This document shows, one piece after another, positions 1-9,250 of a stretch of 64,000 nucleotides of DNA. A program made the position numbers and the translations under genes. Origin of the DNA: Gemmatimonadales bacterium (lineage in GTDB: Bacteria; Gemmatimonadota; Gemmatimonadetes; Gemmatimonadales; GWC2-71-9); assembly GCA_041577295.1 (NCBI GenBank), contig JBFGJG010000001.1, forward strand, positions 64,001 to 128,000, written 5' to 3'. The first letter of the stretch is position 1. The number at the start of each line of letters is the position of its first letter. Below the pieces are notes generated by a model, which searched no databases, had not been told where the DNA came from, and saw nothing but the letters and a program-made list of their open reading frames with translations.

Positions 1-84
1 GCCGGCGCCGGCCAAGACGAGCAAGGGCCCATCACGATACTCGACCGCGCGTCGTTGCGCCTCGTTCAAGCGAACGTGGGTCAT
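1..84 (-). CDS. UvrD/PcrA family ATP-dependent DNA helicase, N-terminal fragment (runs off the window)
   Basis: Own translation from ATG at 84 (ATGA overlap with the kinase stop): MTHVRLNEAQRRAVEYRDGPLLVLAGAG, the typical UvrD Q-motif leading into Walker A; not in the ORF track. Confidence 0.85.
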   Translation of the reverse strand, partial: MTHVRLNEAQRRAVEYRDGPLLVLAGAG

Positions 85-1265
85 GCCTGCTCGGCTGGAA
101 GCGGCTCGGCGGCCACGGGCAGCTGCGCCGTGAACACGGTCCCCTGCTCCGCGGAGCCGAGCTCCAGGCGACCACCATGCACGTCCTCGATGATGCGGCG
201 CGCCAAGGCGAGACCGATGCCCCACCCACCGGGCTTAGTGGACACCCCGGGATCGAACAGGGTTGCGCGGACGGCTGGCGGGATTCCTGGACCATCATCA
301 GCCACCGCGATGGTTGCATGATCTGCGTGACCGCGCACCGTGATGTCGATCTTGCCGCCCTGCCCACTCAACGCATCGAGGGCATTGCGCACGAGTGCCT
401 CGATCGCCCATTCGATGAGCACAGGGTCACCGTCGATCATCGGCCCGGCCTCCGGAGCGTTGACCGTGAGGACGACCGGGTGAGCGTGCCGGGGCAGCCT
501 GGGCTGGAAGTATACCGCGACCCGCTCGGTCAGCGCGCCGAGACCCACTTGCGATCGGCGGGCCGGGCGCCCGATGCGTTCGAACCGTTGCGCGACGCGC
601 TGTAGTCGCTCGAGATCGGCTTCGAGATGCTTTGCAATGGTGGCCGGATCGGTTGCCCCACCGGTGAGCCGCTCGACCCACGCGGAGGCGCTCATCAGGG
701 GTGTGCCCAGCTGGTGCGCTGATTCACGTGCCATGGCAACCCACAAGAGATCTCGTTGCCGCCGAACCGTGGCACCGTACGCCCACACACCGATGGCAAC
801 CGCGGTGAGCAGGATTCCCAGCTGCAACAACCCAAACCAGCTGAGACGCCGCTGCACGGGCAGGTTGCCGTAGTGAATCTGGCCGGCCCCCGGAATGATG
901 ATGGGTGGATTGGTTCGATCGAGCCGCTGTACATACTCGCGCAATGCCGGGTCTTCGAGTGTGGTTTCGAACGCGAGATTGACCGCTGCGGTAGGGGTTC
1001 CGTCTTGGTCGGTGACCACCATCGGGAGCCCGGTTGCTGTGATCTCTTGAACCAACTCCAGCAAGGCCTCGTCCGCGGCGGTGGGACGTGCGTCGGCAAG
1101 GGCGGCCGTGATGCGACCGTAGATTTGTGACGTTTCCCGTGCTTCCCGCCGCAGATATGTCGCAATGTCCCATACCTGCCAGAACGAGACCCCAGCAAAG
1201 ATCATGACGAGCGCGAGGACGAGCTGAGGACCCGCTTGCTTGAGCTTCCGACCAAGCTTACGCAC
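81..1265 (-). CDS. Membrane sensor histidine kinase
   Basis: Two TM segments, H-box ESAHQLGTP, N-box RNALDA, G1 DDGPG, G2 GWGIGL. Confidence 0.9.
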   Translation of the reverse strand: MRKLGRKLKQAGPQLVLALVMIFAGVSFWQVWDIATYLRREARETSQIYGRITAALADARPTAADEALLELVQEITATGLPMVVTDQDGTPTAAVNLAFETTLEDPALREYVQRLDRTNPPIIIPGAGQIHYGNLPVQRRLSWFGLLQLGILLTAVAIGVWAYGATVRRQRDLLWVAMARESAHQLGTPLMSASAWVERLTGGATDPATIAKHLEADLERLQRVAQRFERIGRPARRSQVGLGALTERVAVYFQPRLPRHAHPVVLTVNAPEAGPMIDGDPVLIEWAIEALVRNALDALSGQGGKIDITVRGHADHATIAVADDGPGIPPAVRATLFDPGVSTKPGGWGIGLALARRIIEDVHGGRLELGSAEQGTVFTAQLPVAAEPLPAEQA

Positions 1266-2541
1266 CGGAACCCTGGGTCAGGCACTCCATGCCCAGGTAA
1301 GGAACCAAAGCCTCTGGCACGCGAATCGTACCGTCCGCCTGCTGGTTGTTCTCAAGCAATGCAATGACCGTCCGTGGGAGTGCGACGCCCGATGCATTGA
1401 GTGTATGCACGTATTCTGGCTTGGCACCGGGCTCCGGTCGGTACCGAATGTTTGCACGCCGTGCCTGAAAATCTGTGAACGTGCTCGCGCTCGATGCCTC
1501 GAGCCACTGCTCGACGCCCGCCGCCCAGACTTCGAGGTCGTACGTCTTGGCGCTTGCAAAGCCGAGATCGCCGCTGGCGAGCACGACCACGCGGTACGGG
1601 ATCTCGAGTCGTTGAAGGATCGCTTCGGCATGGGCGAGCATCTTCTCGAGCTCCACGGGCGACTCGTCCGGCGCGCTGAAGCGAACGAGCTCGACCTTGT
1701 CAAACTGATGCACCCGAATCAGGCCCCGGGTATCCTTGCCCGCCGCACCAGCCTCGCGGCGAAAGCATGGTGTGTACGCGACGTACGCGATGGGCAGATC
1801 GGCAGCGGCCAGCACTTCTTCGCGATGGATGTTGGTGACGGGGACCTCCGCGGTGGGGATGAGCAAGAGGCCGTCCGTCGTGGCGTACATGTCGTCGGCA
1901 AACAGCGGCATCTGTCCAGTGCCCTCGGCGACTAGCTCGGTCACGAGAAAGGGCGGCGCGACCTCGACGTAGCCGTGCTCTTTGGTGTGGACATCGATCA
2001 TGAAGTTGATCAGCGCCCGGACCAGACGCGCTCCCGCCCCGCGAAACAGCGGGAAACCGCTCCCAGCGAGCTTTGCGCCCGCGGGCAAATCCAAAAGGTC
2101 CAGCTCCGCACCCAGCGTCCAGTGGGGTCGGGGGGTGAAATCAAACGCTGGCTGCTTGCCCCAGTGCCGCACCACCTTATTGGCCGTGCTGTCGCCATCG
2201 GGGATGTCGGACCGAGGGATGTTCGGGAGACGCAGCAGGCCGTCGCGCAGCCCAGCCTCCACCTCGCGCAGATCCTGATCGAGCTGCTTGATAGCGTCGC
2301 TCAGCGTCTTGAGCTCTGCAATGAGCGCCGCAGCGTCCCGACCGTCGCGCTTCAGCCGTGCTACCTCCTCGGAGGCTCGGTTCCGCGTCGCCTTTTGACG
2401 CTCGACGTCTTGCAGAATCTCGCGGCGTTGTCGGTCGAGTTGCAGCAGGCGGTCGAGCGCAGCGACATGATCTGAGCTCCGTCGCGCGAGGGCCGCGCGC
2501 ATCTCATCCGGTGCCTCGCGCAACAGCCGTATGTCGATCAC
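1258..2541 (-). CDS. serS: Seryl-tRNA synthetase
   Basis: N-terminal coiled coil, LIPTAEVP, FRREAG, GLIRVHQFDKVE, HTLNASG. Confidence 0.98.
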   Translation of the reverse strand: MIDIRLLREAPDEMRAALARRSSDHVAALDRLLQLDRQRREILQDVERQKATRNRASEEVARLKRDGRDAAALIAELKTLSDAIKQLDQDLREVEAGLRDGLLRLPNIPRSDIPDGDSTANKVVRHWGKQPAFDFTPRPHWTLGAELDLLDLPAGAKLAGSGFPLFRGAGARLVRALINFMIDVHTKEHGYVEVAPPFLVTELVAEGTGQMPLFADDMYATTDGLLLIPTAEVPVTNIHREEVLAAADLPIAYVAYTPCFRREAGAAGKDTRGLIRVHQFDKVELVRFSAPDESPVELEKMLAHAEAILQRLEIPYRVVVLASGDLGFASAKTYDLEVWAAGVEQWLEASSASTFTDFQARRANIRYRPEPGAKPEYVHTLNASGVALPRTVIALLENNQQADGTIRVPEALVPYLGMECLTQGSGA

Positions 2542-2544
2542 GGA

Positions 2545-3117
2545 CTAATTCGTGGGAAGGCCGGGTTGCAGGCCCCGGAACCCGCAATTGACGTTGACGA
2601 TGTGCTCGAACGTCACCGACCGGAGGCCCTGATCGACGGCGATCACCCGAAACTTCCCAAACCGCGGCAAGCTACCGAGGAATCCGCAAAACTGACTGGA
2701 AACGCGAGAGCGACCGAGAAAGACCAGGCCGGGACGCAGCACGATGGCGCTATCGAGCTGATATCCATCGAGTGGCGCTCGGTTGATATTCCCAAACGCG
2801 TCTGACGTGAGCTGCAGCGCTGCCTGATTCAGGACGCCAAGAGCCGATGCCGGATAGAGGAGCGGTCGACTGGAGGCATCGATATCGAAGGCCACGTCGA
2901 AGGGCTCGCCGAGTTCCGTGCGGCTCCTGAGCCTGCTCACTATGTCAAAACCGCTGGGCGCGTCGATCGAGGTTCCCTGAAGGGCGAACAGCGTGGTCGT
3001 ATCGTGCTGGTTTTCGAACGCCGCCGGAGGAAGACCGAGCGAGTCTCCACACGCCGCGAAGGCCACGATGACGAGGGCCGCCCCGAGAGCAGCCAACCGA
3101 AAGTGAGAAAAGGACAT
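2545..3117 (-). CDS. Hypothetical lipoprotein
   Basis: Hydrophobic signal ending FAAC (lipobox); start placed at MSFSHF, downstream of the promoter at 3140-3168. Confidence 0.7.
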   Translation of the reverse strand: MSFSHFRLAALGAALVIVAFAACGDSLGLPPAAFENQHDTTTLFALQGTSIDAPSGFDIVSRLRSRTELGEPFDVAFDIDASSRPLLYPASALGVLNQAALQLTSDAFGNINRAPLDGYQLDSAIVLRPGLVFLGRSRVSSQFCGFLGSLPRFGKFRVIAVDQGLRSVTFEHIVNVNCGFRGLQPGLPTN

Positions 3118-3139
3118 AGACAGCATGGTAAGTGGCAGA

Positions 3140-3168
3140 AGATTAGCCCAGGCCCCACGAGGGGTCAA
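3140..3168 (-). promoter_or_regulatory. Sigma70-type promoter for the lipoprotein-serS-kinase-uvrD operon
   Basis: Minus strand TTGACC-N17-TAATCT. Confidence 0.6.
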
Positions 3169-3182
3169 GCGGGTGGCTCGGC

Positions 3183-3211
3183 TTGACTTCGCACAGGGTC
3201 ACTCCTAGCTT
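3183..3211 (+). promoter_or_regulatory. Sigma70-type promoter for the roadblock gene (probably leaderless)
   Basis: TTGACT-N17-TAGCTT, 7 nt before the ATG at 3219. Confidence 0.55.
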
Positions 3212-3218
3212 GGCGCCG

Positions 3219-3572
3219 ATGCCAACGATCCGCGATGTCGTACGAGCATTAGGCAGCCGGGCCGGCGTAGATGCGGTTGTCGTCGCCGGCCGTGATGGGC
3301 TTACGATCGACGCGCATACGCGCAACGGTCTCGACATCGATGGGTTGGCGGCCTTGGTTCCCGCCGTCGCTGAAGCGTGTCGCCAGCTCGGTGACGCAGC
3401 TGAGCGCGGAGGGTTTGGCACCGGCGTCGTAGAGTTCGACGGCGGCCTGGTCTTGATCGCGGAGCTGAACGCCGAGGCGCTCCTGGCCGTCTTCTTTCGT
3501 CCCGACACTAATATCGGCACGCTGCTGTACGAGCTTCGTCGCCATCGCGTAGCCATCGCACGCCTCCTCTAA
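3219..3572 (+). CDS. Roadblock/LC7 (MglB-like) domain protein
   Basis: GVDAVVVAGRDGLTID ... NIGTLLYEL pattern, 117 aa. Confidence 0.85.
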   Translation: MPTIRDVVRALGSRAGVDAVVVAGRDGLTIDAHTRNGLDIDGLAALVPAVAEACRQLGDAAERGGFGTGVVEFDGGLVLIAELNAEALLAVFFRPDTNIGTLLYELRRHRVAIARLL

Positions 3573-3687
3573 CGGCCCCCTCTCACACGTTCAAACCCTT
3601 GCTACGACCTCGCCCCCCTCTGTGCAGGAACTCGAATGGGGAGGGTGACCTCTTTTCCCCGACGCGATTGACCCCGCGAGGCACGCG

Positions 3688-4725
3688 ATGAGCCGATGGG
3701 CCGCGGTGCTGGCGGGTGGGTCGGGCACGCGGTTCTGGCCACTCTCGACTGCGGCCCGACCAAAACAGCTGCTCACACTGTCCGGCTCGGAGCCGTTGCT
3801 CGTTGCTGCTGTTCGCCGTCTTGGCGGGCTCGTTCCGCCGGAGCGTGTATTAATACTCACCTCGACGGCGTTGTGTGATCGTGTGCGGACCTTGTTGCCG
3901 GAGGTGCCACCCGAGCACGTCCTCGCGGAGCCACGCGCTGCCTCAACCGCGCCGGCCCTAACCTGGGCAACATGGTTGGCGTATCAGCAAGACCCCGACG
4001 CTTCCCTCCTGTCGTTGCACGCGGATTGGCACGTGGGCGACCCGGAAGCCTTTCGAAAAACTGGAGCGCGTGCATTGGATGTCGCGGAGCGTCATGATGT
4101 ACTCGTGACGGTTGGAATCGTTCCGACCCGCCCGGAGGTGGGCTACGGCTACATTCAGCCGGGCGAACCACTGGAAGACGACGCCCGCCAGGTAGAGCGC
4201 TTTGTCGAGAAGCCGGATCTCGCTGGAGCGCGCCGCCTGATCGAGCGAGGTGCGTTGTGGAACAGCGGGCTCTTCGCGTGGCGGTGCGACCGTTTCCTGG
4301 TCGAGACTCGCGAGGTAGCTCGTGAGATCGCCGCGGCGTTGCCCCACCTCGAACGCGGTGATGTCGTGGAGTTCTTTGTCAAAGTGACGCCCATCGCCGT
4401 CGACGTATCTCATTTCGAACGGAGCCGGCGTGTCGCGGTGCTACCGGGACGCTTTGCGTGGGACGATGTGGGAACGTGGGCAGCGCTCGCCCGTGTCCGG
4501 GAGACCGACGACGCGGGAAATGTCCTCGTGGGCAACGCGCTGCAACACGAAAGCCGTGACTGCGTGGTTTGGGCTGAGGACAACACCGTCGTCGTCGACG
4601 GTGTCGACAACTTGGTTGTTGTTCACGCGAACGGGGTCACGCTCGTTACGACTCGAGACCGCGCTATGCATCTCAAGGAACTACTCGCCACCCTTCCACC
4701 ATCGCTGCGAAACCTGACCTCATGA
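3688..4725 (+). CDS. manC: Mannose-1-phosphate guanylyltransferase
   Basis: LAGGSGTRFWPLS, PKQLL, GYGYI, FVEKP, WNSGLF, WDDVGTW. Confidence 0.93.
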   Translation: MSRWAAVLAGGSGTRFWPLSTAARPKQLLTLSGSEPLLVAAVRRLGGLVPPERVLILTSTALCDRVRTLLPEVPPEHVLAEPRAASTAPALTWATWLAYQQDPDASLLSLHADWHVGDPEAFRKTGARALDVAERHDVLVTVGIVPTRPEVGYGYIQPGEPLEDDARQVERFVEKPDLAGARRLIERGALWNSGLFAWRCDRFLVETREVAREIAAALPHLERGDVVEFFVKVTPIAVDVSHFERSRRVAVLPGRFAWDDVGTWAALARVRETDDAGNVLVGNALQHESRDCVVWAEDNTVVVDGVDNLVVVHANGVTLVTTRDRAMHLKELLATLPPSLRNLTS

Positions 4726-5891
4726 CGGACCTGTACCTGCTCGATCCGCCGCTGTCGGCGTGGTGGTATCCCTTTGCCGACTGCCGCCCCGTGGCGGAGC
4801 TGCGCGCGGGAGCATGGCGGATTCGGGAGCGGTGGGAGGCGATCGCGAACGGTGAGACACGGGGCGTCTTCGGTGCGCCACACCTCCATGCGTTTGTCGA
4901 AGACGAAGTGCCACCGGTCACCGGTCGGACGTCGGTCCAGGGCGAGGCCATCATCGGGCGCTCGACCTTCGCACCGTCGGGTGTAGCTCCCGAGCTGCCA
5001 AAAGGCCCGGCGAGGCTCGTGAACGATGAGGAGACGGTGGGCTGGTGGGTGCCTGCCGGTACCGAGTGGAGCGGTGATCACCCCGAATGGGACGAGGTGG
5101 AGGTGGAGGGTATGACGCTGCACGGGGCGTTCGACTTGATCACCGCGTTGGAGCACTTTCTCGTTGTCGACGTCGCCGACTTCACGCACGAACGCGGTGA
5201 CGCGATCCCCGATGACAGCATCGTGATTGGCGACCCCGTTGATATCGTCATTCTCGGTGGGACCGTCGAACCGGGTGTCACCTTTGACACCAGTCGAGGT
5301 GCCATCGTGATCGAGCAGCACGCCTATGTGCGGTCCGGGACACGCCTGGAGGGACCAGTCTACGTCGGTGCGGGCACCGAGATTCTCGGCGGCCAGGTGA
5401 CCGCGTGTACCATCGGACCGCGCTGCAAGGTTCGGGGAGAGATGTTGGCAACAGTGGTACTCGGTTACGCGAACAAGGCGCACGACGGATTCATCGGACA
5501 CTCTGTCCTCGGCCGGTGGGTGAACCTCGGCGCTGGAACGGTGACCTCGAATCTCAAGAACACCTACGGTTCGGTGCGGATCGTGGTTGGCGAAGAACGG
5601 ATGGAAACCGGGCGGCAGAATCTGGGCACCTTGTTTGGCGATCACGCCAAGACAGCGATTGGAACCATGTTGGAGACGGGGACGCTGGTTGGCACCGGCG
5701 CCAATGTGTTTGGCGACGTGCGACCGCCGAAGTACGTGCCTCCCTTCGCCTGGGGGAGTACGGGAGAGCGCATGCAGCGTGAAGGATTTCTGACCGTAGC
5801 GACCCGTGTGATGCCACGCCGACAGGTTGAGATGACGGACGAGGTGCGGACGGGACTTGCCATGATCTACGACCACGCCACCGGCTCATGA
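4722..5891 (+). CDS. GlmU-related putative sugar nucleotidyltransferase / hexapeptide-repeat acyltransferase
   Basis: N-terminal PF..RPVAELRAG, left-handed beta-helix repeats, NKAHDGFIGHS, NLGAGT..SNLKN. Confidence 0.85.
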   Translation: MTDLYLLDPPLSAWWYPFADCRPVAELRAGAWRIRERWEAIANGETRGVFGAPHLHAFVEDEVPPVTGRTSVQGEAIIGRSTFAPSGVAPELPKGPARLVNDEETVGWWVPAGTEWSGDHPEWDEVEVEGMTLHGAFDLITALEHFLVVDVADFTHERGDAIPDDSIVIGDPVDIVILGGTVEPGVTFDTSRGAIVIEQHAYVRSGTRLEGPVYVGAGTEILGGQVTACTIGPRCKVRGEMLATVVLGYANKAHDGFIGHSVLGRWVNLGAGTVTSNLKNTYGSVRIVVGEERMETGRQNLGTLFGDHAKTAIGTMLETGTLVGTGANVFGDVRPPKYVPPFAWGSTGERMQREGFLTVATRVMPRRQVEMTDEVRTGLAMIYDHATGS

Positions 5892-6688
5892 GGGTCACCG
5901 TACTCGGGTCCGGCAGCCGCGGGAATGCGATTGCGCTCGTCCGCGACGATGCGACGCTGTTGGTGGACGCCGGATTCGGGGTTCGCGCACTCAAGCAACG
6001 GTCGCGGATGGCCGGGGTGTCGCTGGCGGGGCTCGTTGGGATCGTCGTCACGCACGAGCACGGTGATCATGCGCGGGGCGTGCCAGGGACCGCGCGGCGA
6101 CACGGGTGCCCGGTGTTCGGCTCGCTCGGGACCCTCCGTGCGCTCGGCGCTCGGCTGACCGATGTACCCACCCAAACGTTAGGTGATACGGCGAAGGTCA
6201 ATATCGGCCCGTTTCGCGTCCGGGTCTGTCGAACTGATCACGACGCGGCCGAACCCGTGTGTGTCACGGTGGAAGGGCTTGGGTCGCCGGTGAAGGTCGG
6301 CGTTGCGTACGATCTGGGTCGCGCGACCGCCGGGGTGCTGCGGTTGCTGCGCGGCTGCACGTGCTTGATCGTCGAGGCCAATCACGACGACCAACTGCTG
6401 CGAGTGGGGCCGTATCCACCGTCGGTGCGGAGCCGGATTGCGAGCGCCGGCGGACACCTTTCGAATGCGGCCACTGGTCGCCTCCTCGCCGAGCTCCTCC
6501 ACCCGGGTCTCAGCACGATCGTACTGGCCCACCTCAGCGATCAATGCAACGATCCCGAGGTCGCCGTTCGCACCGTGCGGCGCGCACTCGGCGCACGCCG
6601 GTTTCACGGTCGTTTGTTGGTCGCCAAACAAGACACCCCACTCGCGGTGCACGATGGGGTGGTGACGCAGTTGGGCTTGGCCTTGTAA
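5888..6688 (+). CDS. MBL-fold metallo-hydrolase (YycJ/WalJ-like)
   Basis: LGSGSRGN, THEHGDH, EANHD, GHLSN, LAHLS. Confidence 0.9.
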   Translation: MRVTVLGSGSRGNAIALVRDDATLLVDAGFGVRALKQRSRMAGVSLAGLVGIVVTHEHGDHARGVPGTARRHGCPVFGSLGTLRALGARLTDVPTQTLGDTAKVNIGPFRVRVCRTDHDAAEPVCVTVEGLGSPVKVGVAYDLGRATAGVLRLLRGCTCLIVEANHDDQLLRVGPYPPSVRSRIASAGGHLSNAATGRLLAELLHPGLSTIVLAHLSDQCNDPEVAVRTVRRALGARRFHGRLLVAKQDTPLAVHDGVVTQLGLAL

Positions 6689-6946
6689 GGGTCACAGACC
6701 GCCTGACAACACAAAGCCATCGATCTCCGGTAGTTGTGGCGTGCGCGGTAGCGCCCGCACGATCCTGCTTCGTGCGTCCTGCCTGAAACACCAAAGGTCA
6801 ACGGTGTTACACCAGCTGATGAATCCCTCTTCACCATTCCTTTAGCCTCCCTTAGAGGGTGTGGGCCGATTAAATGGACCGGCACCGAACCCGCCAGTTC
6901 GCAATAACAACAACGGCGTGAGTCACCGTCACGGAGGGCGCATCGC

Positions 6947-8365
6947 ATGGTGTGGGACGGTCGAGCAGTTTGCGGCATGATCGGCCTGGTAGGCCTGTGG
7001 ACGCTTGGCTGTATCGACGACGATGCGGTGTTCGCGAATCTCAGACCCTTTGATGAGCCACCCGCCGCCGCCCAGGGATTTCTGGGATATGCCTCAGGAA
7101 CTGGTGAACGCCGTCCCATCTGTGGCAATTGCCACGTTGGCAAAGCTGCTGAGTGGAGAGAAACCCGGCACGCGCACGCCTGGCGCACGCTGCAGGAGAG
7201 TGGGTTCATCGAACGTTCCTGCGAAGCGTGCCACACCGTGAGCGATTACGGCAACCTCGTCGAGCAATCCGAGGTTGCCTGGACAGCCACTCGAGATCCG
7301 CGGTACCAGGACGTGCAATGCGAAAGCTGCCACGGTCCGGGCTTGGATCATGTCACGAACCCCGATGCGTTCCAACCGTTACCACCCCTGGACGTTGGAA
7401 TCGAATTGACGACGGGATGCGGCGAATGTCACCAAGGGACGCACCAGCCGTTTGTCGAAGAGTGGGCGCAGTCGCGTCATGGAAACATGAATCCCGCGCC
7501 CCAGCGACAAGCGGCGTGCGTCCAGTGCCACGAGGCCCGTGGGATCTTCAAAGCGTGGGGAGTTCGAGCCGATTACGTGGAGAAGGAGCGGACCACACCG
7601 ATTCCCATCACGTGTGGAGTGTGTCACGATCCACACGATGCGACCAACGCCCACCAGTTGCGCTTCACGATCGAAGAGCCGAACGAAGACACCAATCTCT
7701 GCATGAAGTGCCATTTTCGTGGCGGCACCCCCGATCCAGCCTCAAGCTCTAGGCCTCATTCTCCGCAGGGTCCCCTCCTGCTGGGTGTGGCTGGCTGGCG
7801 TCCTCCCGGTTTCACGTTCGCCGACGACACGATTGTGGGTACTCATGGAACTCGGCAAAACCCCCGCATGTGTGCCACATGTCATGTCAACCGTCTCGAA
7901 GTTACCGATGCCCAAACCGGCGCATTCGTCTTCGACGCCACGGGTCACCTCTTTCTCGCCGTGCCGTGCCTCGATGTGGAGGGGAAACCAACGGGGGAGC
8001 GGGATTGTGACGTGAGTCGCCGCAGTTTCGAGGGGTGCACTCAGAGTGGGTGTCACGGCTCGGCCACGGCAGCGAGTGCTGCGTACGTGGTAGCGCAAAA
8101 TCGAATCGCAGCGCTCGTGAGCTCGCTCGAGGAACTTCTCGGACAGCTTCCGGTGTCTGAGTTCAACCCGACCGACGGGCGCTTGACCACGGCAGAGGGA
8201 GCACAGTTCAACGCACAACTCGGTGCGCTGCGGGGATCGGCGATCCACAACCCGTTTCTGATGGAGAGCCTGCTCGAGGAAAGCATCGATCAGGTGGAAA
8301 TGGACTACGGGCTTGGATCGGCCGCTTCTGCAAGTTTGCGTCGGGCGGTCCGTACCATCTTCTGA
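6947..8365 (+). CDS. Multiheme c-type cytochrome lipoprotein (8 CxxCH + 1 CX4CH)
   Basis: Lipobox TLGC; CGNCH, CEACH, CESCH, CGECH, CVQCH, CGVCH, CMKCH, CATCH, CTQSGCH; helical C-terminus with IHNPF. Confidence 0.92.
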   Translation: MVWDGRAVCGMIGLVGLWTLGCIDDDAVFANLRPFDEPPAAAQGFLGYASGTGERRPICGNCHVGKAAEWRETRHAHAWRTLQESGFIERSCEACHTVSDYGNLVEQSEVAWTATRDPRYQDVQCESCHGPGLDHVTNPDAFQPLPPLDVGIELTTGCGECHQGTHQPFVEEWAQSRHGNMNPAPQRQAACVQCHEARGIFKAWGVRADYVEKERTTPIPITCGVCHDPHDATNAHQLRFTIEEPNEDTNLCMKCHFRGGTPDPASSSRPHSPQGPLLLGVAGWRPPGFTFADDTIVGTHGTRQNPRMCATCHVNRLEVTDAQTGAFVFDATGHLFLAVPCLDVEGKPTGERDCDVSRRSFEGCTQSGCHGSATAASAAYVVAQNRIAALVSSLEELLGQLPVSEFNPTDGRLTTAEGAQFNAQLGALRGSAIHNPFLMESLLEESIDQVEMDYGLGSAASASLRRAVRTIF

Positions 8366-8434
8366 AGGTGGTGCACGACAAGGAGGTGGTTGCCTTCCGT
8401 GTCGACGAAGAGAACTGGGACTACGCGTTATCGA

Positions 8435-9250
8435 ATGCTTGGCACCGTCGTGCTGATGATGATCGCGCCGTCGCTCGCAGGGTGTGGAAGAGAGGGACCT
8501 GACGAGGTGGTGGAAGAGGCCGAGGCGCAGGCCGACTCCGTGCCGGAGGAATCGCCCAAACGACGCGTCCGGGTTCGCAGGGCCGCTGCAGAATCACAGT
8601 TCGCCCACGGTCCCCATCGGGACATCGCGTGTAGAACCTGTCACCGCACAGTCGCCAGCCACGCAACTCACCAGGAACTCGATTGCGTCGAGTGTCACGG
8701 GACGCCGGTCGAATACGCCACGCTGCGAGTGCTTTCGGAGTCCGAATGCTTGGACTGTCATCACGGGGGGGATACGGGACTCGGCTGTGCCGACTGCCAC
8801 GAGGTTGCGCCACTCGCAGGAACGGTAAAGGTGGCGGCGCTGCTCAAGCTCTCGAGCTGGGATCAGCCACAAGAGCGCGAATTGTCATTCGATCACTCTT
8901 GGCATGCGGATATCGAATGCGGTGAATGCCATGCCGCGACCATCATACACGACGTGAGCGCCGAGTGTGGATCCTGTCATGAGGACCACCACCAGACGAA
9001 TGTGACGTGCTCCCGGTGTCATGAGCCGGCAGACGAGAAAGTGCATGCCGAGGCGGCGCATGCGGGCTGTGGCGGCGCCGGCTGCCACCAGAACGCGGTG
9101 GTCGCAGCCTTTCCTCCAAACCGGCCTATCTGCCTTTCATGCCACGCGGACATGGTGGACCACGAAGCGCCCGAAAAAGCGTGCGCCGATTGCCACGCGA
9201 TCCCCGCTACGTGGCGCCGTCGCTCGGCGGGACTGGGAGGAGTCCCGTGA
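8435..9250 (+). CDS. Multiheme c-type cytochrome lipoprotein (9 CxxCH + 1 CX4CH)
   Basis: Lipobox LAGC; nine CxxCH plus CGGAGCH; c3/c7-like FxHxxH motifs (FAHGPH, FDHSWH); start may be at 8390. Confidence 0.88.
   Translation: MLGTVVLMMIAPSLAGCGREGPDEVVEEAEAQADSVPEESPKRRVRVRRAAAESQFAHGPHRDIACRTCHRTVASHATHQELDCVECHGTPVEYATLRVLSESECLDCHHGGDTGLGCADCHEVAPLAGTVKVAALLKLSSWDQPQERELSFDHSWHADIECGECHAATIIHDVSAECGSCHEDHHQTNVTCSRCHEPADEKVHAEAAHAGCGGAGCHQNAVVAAFPPNRPICLSCHADMVDHEAPEKACADCHAIPATWRRRSAGLGGVP

Noticed and set aside
4623..5876. 417-aa minus-strand ORF, and similar long ORFs at 26686-27966, 33959-35164, 37623-38657, 42547-43698 and 55673-56983
   Set aside because: All lie antisense to well-supported genes and show no recognisable motifs
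6689..6780. Possible c-di-GMP/cGAMP (GEMM) riboswitch upstream of the cytochrome cluster (CAAAGCC segment)
   Set aside because: No GGCAAAC...GAAA...GGGACGCAAAG core or tetraloop/receptor pair visible
6947..8365. Annotation as NrfA nitrite reductase
   Set aside because: No CxxCK motif, and nine rather than five heme sites
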